Positions 61,167 through 64,000 of a stretch of DNA of 64,000 nucleotides are shown piece after piece (the first letter of the stretch is position 1; each line of letters begins with the position of its first letter). The notes under the pieces are model-generated. The model searched no databases and had not been told where the DNA came from. It saw only the letters and a program-made list of their open reading frames with translations. The translations under genes were made by a program, and so were the position numbers. This DNA is from Heptranchias perlo (taxonomy: Eukaryota), in assembly GCF_035084215.1 (NCBI RefSeq), contig NC_090336.1, forward strand, positions 58,838,001-58,902,000. Reading direction: 5' to 3'.

Positions 61167-62788
61167 AAGAAGAAAGAACTTGCATTCATATAGTGCCTTT
61201 CACAACCTCTGTACATCCCAAAGCGCTTTACGGCCAATGAAGTATTTTTGAAGTGTAATCACTGTTCTAAGGAGGGTCGATAAAAGTAGTGCATTTGATG
61301 TAGTCTACATAGATTTCAGCAAGGCTTTTGACAAGATCCCACATGGCAGACTGGTCAAAGAAGTACAAGCCCATGGGATCCAAGGGAGAGTGGCAAGTTG
61401 GATCCAAAATTGGCTCAGTGGCAGGAAGCAAAGGGTAATGACAGGTGTTTTTGTGACTGGAAGGCTATTTCCAGTGGGGTTCCGTAGGACTCAGAAATGG
61501 GTCCCTTGCTTTTTGTGATAGATATTAATGATTTGGACTTAAATGTAGGGGGCATGATTAAGAAGTTTGCAGATGATACAAAAATTGGCCGTGTGGTTGA
61601 TAGTGAGGAGGAAAGCTGTAGACTGCAGGAAGATATCAATGGACTGGTCAGGTGCGCAGAAAAGTGGCAAATGGAATTCAATCTGGAGAAGTGTGAGGTA
61701 ATGCATTTGGGGCGGGCAAACAAGGCAAGGGAGTACATAATAAATGGGAGGATACTGAAAAGTGTAGAGGAAGTGAGGGAACCTTGAAGTGCATGTCCAC
61801 AGATCCCTGAAGGTAGCAGGACAGGTAGATAAGGTGGTTAAGAAGGCATACGAGATACTTTCCTTTATTAGCTGAGGCATAGAATATAAGAGCAGGGAGG
61901 TTATGATGGAACTGTATAAAACACTGGTTAGGCCACAGCTTGTGTACCGTATACAGTTCTGGTCACCACATTACAGGAAGGATGTGATTGCATTAGAGAG
62001 GGTACAGAGGAGATTTACGAGGATGTTGCCAGGACTGGAGAATTTTAGCTATGAGGAAAGATTGGATAGGCTGGGGTTGTTCTCCTTGGAACAGAGGAGG
62101 CTGAGGGGTGATTTAATTGAGGTGTATAAAATTACGAGGGGCCTAGATTAGATAGGAAGGACCTATTTCCTTAGCAGAGAGGTCAATAACCAGGGGGCAT
62201 AGATTTAAAGTAATTGGTAGAAGGATTAGAGGGGAGCTGAGGAAAACATTTTTCACCCAGAGGGTGGTGGGGGTCTGGAACTCACTGCCTGAAAGGGTGG
62301 TAGAGGCAGAAACCCTCAACTCATTAAAAAAGTATCTGGATGTGCACTGAAGTGTCGTGACCTACAAGGCTACGGACCAAGTGCGGAAAAGTGGGATTAG
62401 GCTGGGTGGCTCATTTTCGGCCTGCGCAGACATGATGGGCCAAATGGCCTCCTGTGGCGTAAATTTTCTATGATTCTAAAGCAGGGAAATGCAGCAACCA
62501 ATTTGCGCACAGCAAGGTCCCACAAACAGCAATGTGATAATGACCAGATAATCTGCTTTTAGTGATGTTGGTTGAGGGTTAAGTATTGCTACAGGATACC
62601 TGGGAGAATTCCCCTGCTCTTATTCGAAATAGAGCAGTGGGATCTTTTACCTGAGAGGGTAGACAGTGCAGCATTCCCTCAGTGCTGCACTGGAGTGCCA
62701 GCCTAGATTTTGTACTCAAGTCTCTGTCGTGGGACTTGAACCCACGACCTTCTGACTCAGGTGAGAGTGCTAACGACTGAGCAATGGT
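61167..62788 (-). mobile_element. DeuSINE split by a CR1 insertion (61167-61270 and 62479-62788)
   Basis: SINE tail left of the CR1; core and head right of it. Confidence 0.82.
61271..62478 (+). mobile_element. CR1 LINE (RT to 3' end), degenerate
   Basis: [40 protein letters not shown]. Confidence 0.93.
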
Positions 62789-64000
62789 GAACTAGTTAAC
62801 TTTCGTTGTTGTTGTGACACATTTGACGTTAATTTGTGCATTGGGGCCAGATTAGCTGAATTTGAATAACCCGGTTGAAATTCTACAGTCTTTCTGCAAG
62901 TTGTAAAAAAAAGGCAAAATTCAGCAGAGGACGAGATTGCGAATACTAAATGTCAAAAGCAGATATGCAAATTCTTAGGCACAGCTCATAATATTTTATT
63001 GACAGTAAACATGTACATATTAGGTTTAAGAATTCTGCAGGCTGGCTTTTGAGCTTAAAATTCCAAAGGCTCAAGATCAGCAGTTTTAAAAAAGTACCTA
63101 ATTTTCAAACTGCAGAAAAAAAGTACTTAATTTTTAAAACGGCACTAACATTTCTTCATAAATATATTAAGGGGGAAGTGGAGATAAGAAGTTTCCAAAA
63201 CAGCGCTTTGTTGAAATTATGCTGTAGATAAGTTGAAAGTGACATTATACATTACTAATGCGTTTCAACATCTCTGGAAGACCTTCGCGAGTCAGAGAAA
63301 TTACTTCATCCCTCGTTGGAGAGCCGGGGAGGGGGGTGGGTGGGGATGAAGATTATCTATTGTTATGAAAACAGTTGCTTCACGTGATGCTGCAAGCTTC
63401 ACTCTGACCCAGGCATGAAGAAAGAGATATACTGGTAATTTAAAGCCCCCGAAGTTAGCCTTCCCTGGTAGGTATTAAGCAACGTCCACAATTAGGTCTA
63501 ATTTACTGCTTTGAAAGACGGCAGAAAAATGCGCGAAGGCACTCCTTTTGGAGATACCGCGTAGAAGTGGAAAAAGCATACTTTTCCTGTTAAGAGTTAT
63601 CTTCTGCTCTTCAACAAGTATCAAGGTCACTCTTTGCTGCTACATACCGCGGTACGTTATAATTAATGTGCTTGCAGCTGGCAGTACCACTGTGGCTGTT
63701 TCAGTCTCAGGCTGTTGTTCCATATTTCTGCAGTCTGTTTGACCGCAATTGGACTAATTCCCATCTCCCTTCAAAACTCTGAAACCGCTCGAGTTTCAGC
63801 ACTTTTTTTCTTTGGAGGGGAGCCAGTTAGATTTTTAGAAATCACCTCATTGTTCCTTTCCATTACGGTTTTGGTAATCAATTGTATTTTCGGATTTCAA
63901 ACTTCGACCCAGTGAAACTCAAGCAGGATGGTACTGTTTTTAAAACTGATCTCTGTTTCCTGATTGTAATGCTCATGTTACTCACGGTTACCATCGAATG

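Overview
Eukaryotic, repeat-rich, apparently gene-free (intergenic or deep intronic) vertebrate DNA. The repeat families point to a cartilaginous fish (shark): a DeuSINE/SacSINE1-like tRNA-SINE, L2 and several CR1 LINE subfamilies, and Penelope-type inverted repeats. This is inferred from recalled consensus sequences, not from a database search. The only long coding sequence is the 3' half of a GC/CpG-rich Tx1-clade (L1 superfamily) retrotransposon ORF2 at 1-2811. It is inactivated by frameshifts and a YADD->YTDE change and ends in a poly-A tail inside a SINE. The rest is a mosaic of truncated and nested LINEs/SINEs, several MITEs, a decayed hAT transposase fragment, mini/microsatellites and repeat-poor islands that may be regulatory. 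The most notable structure is a 205-bp Penelope-type palindromic insertion (41116-41320) with a 12-bp target duplication, carrying an intact minimal hammerhead-ribozyme motif in one arm. I found no convincing host exon and nothing I can support as a wholly new system. Repeat boundaries are read by eye (about +/-10-20 bp unless a TSD is quoted).
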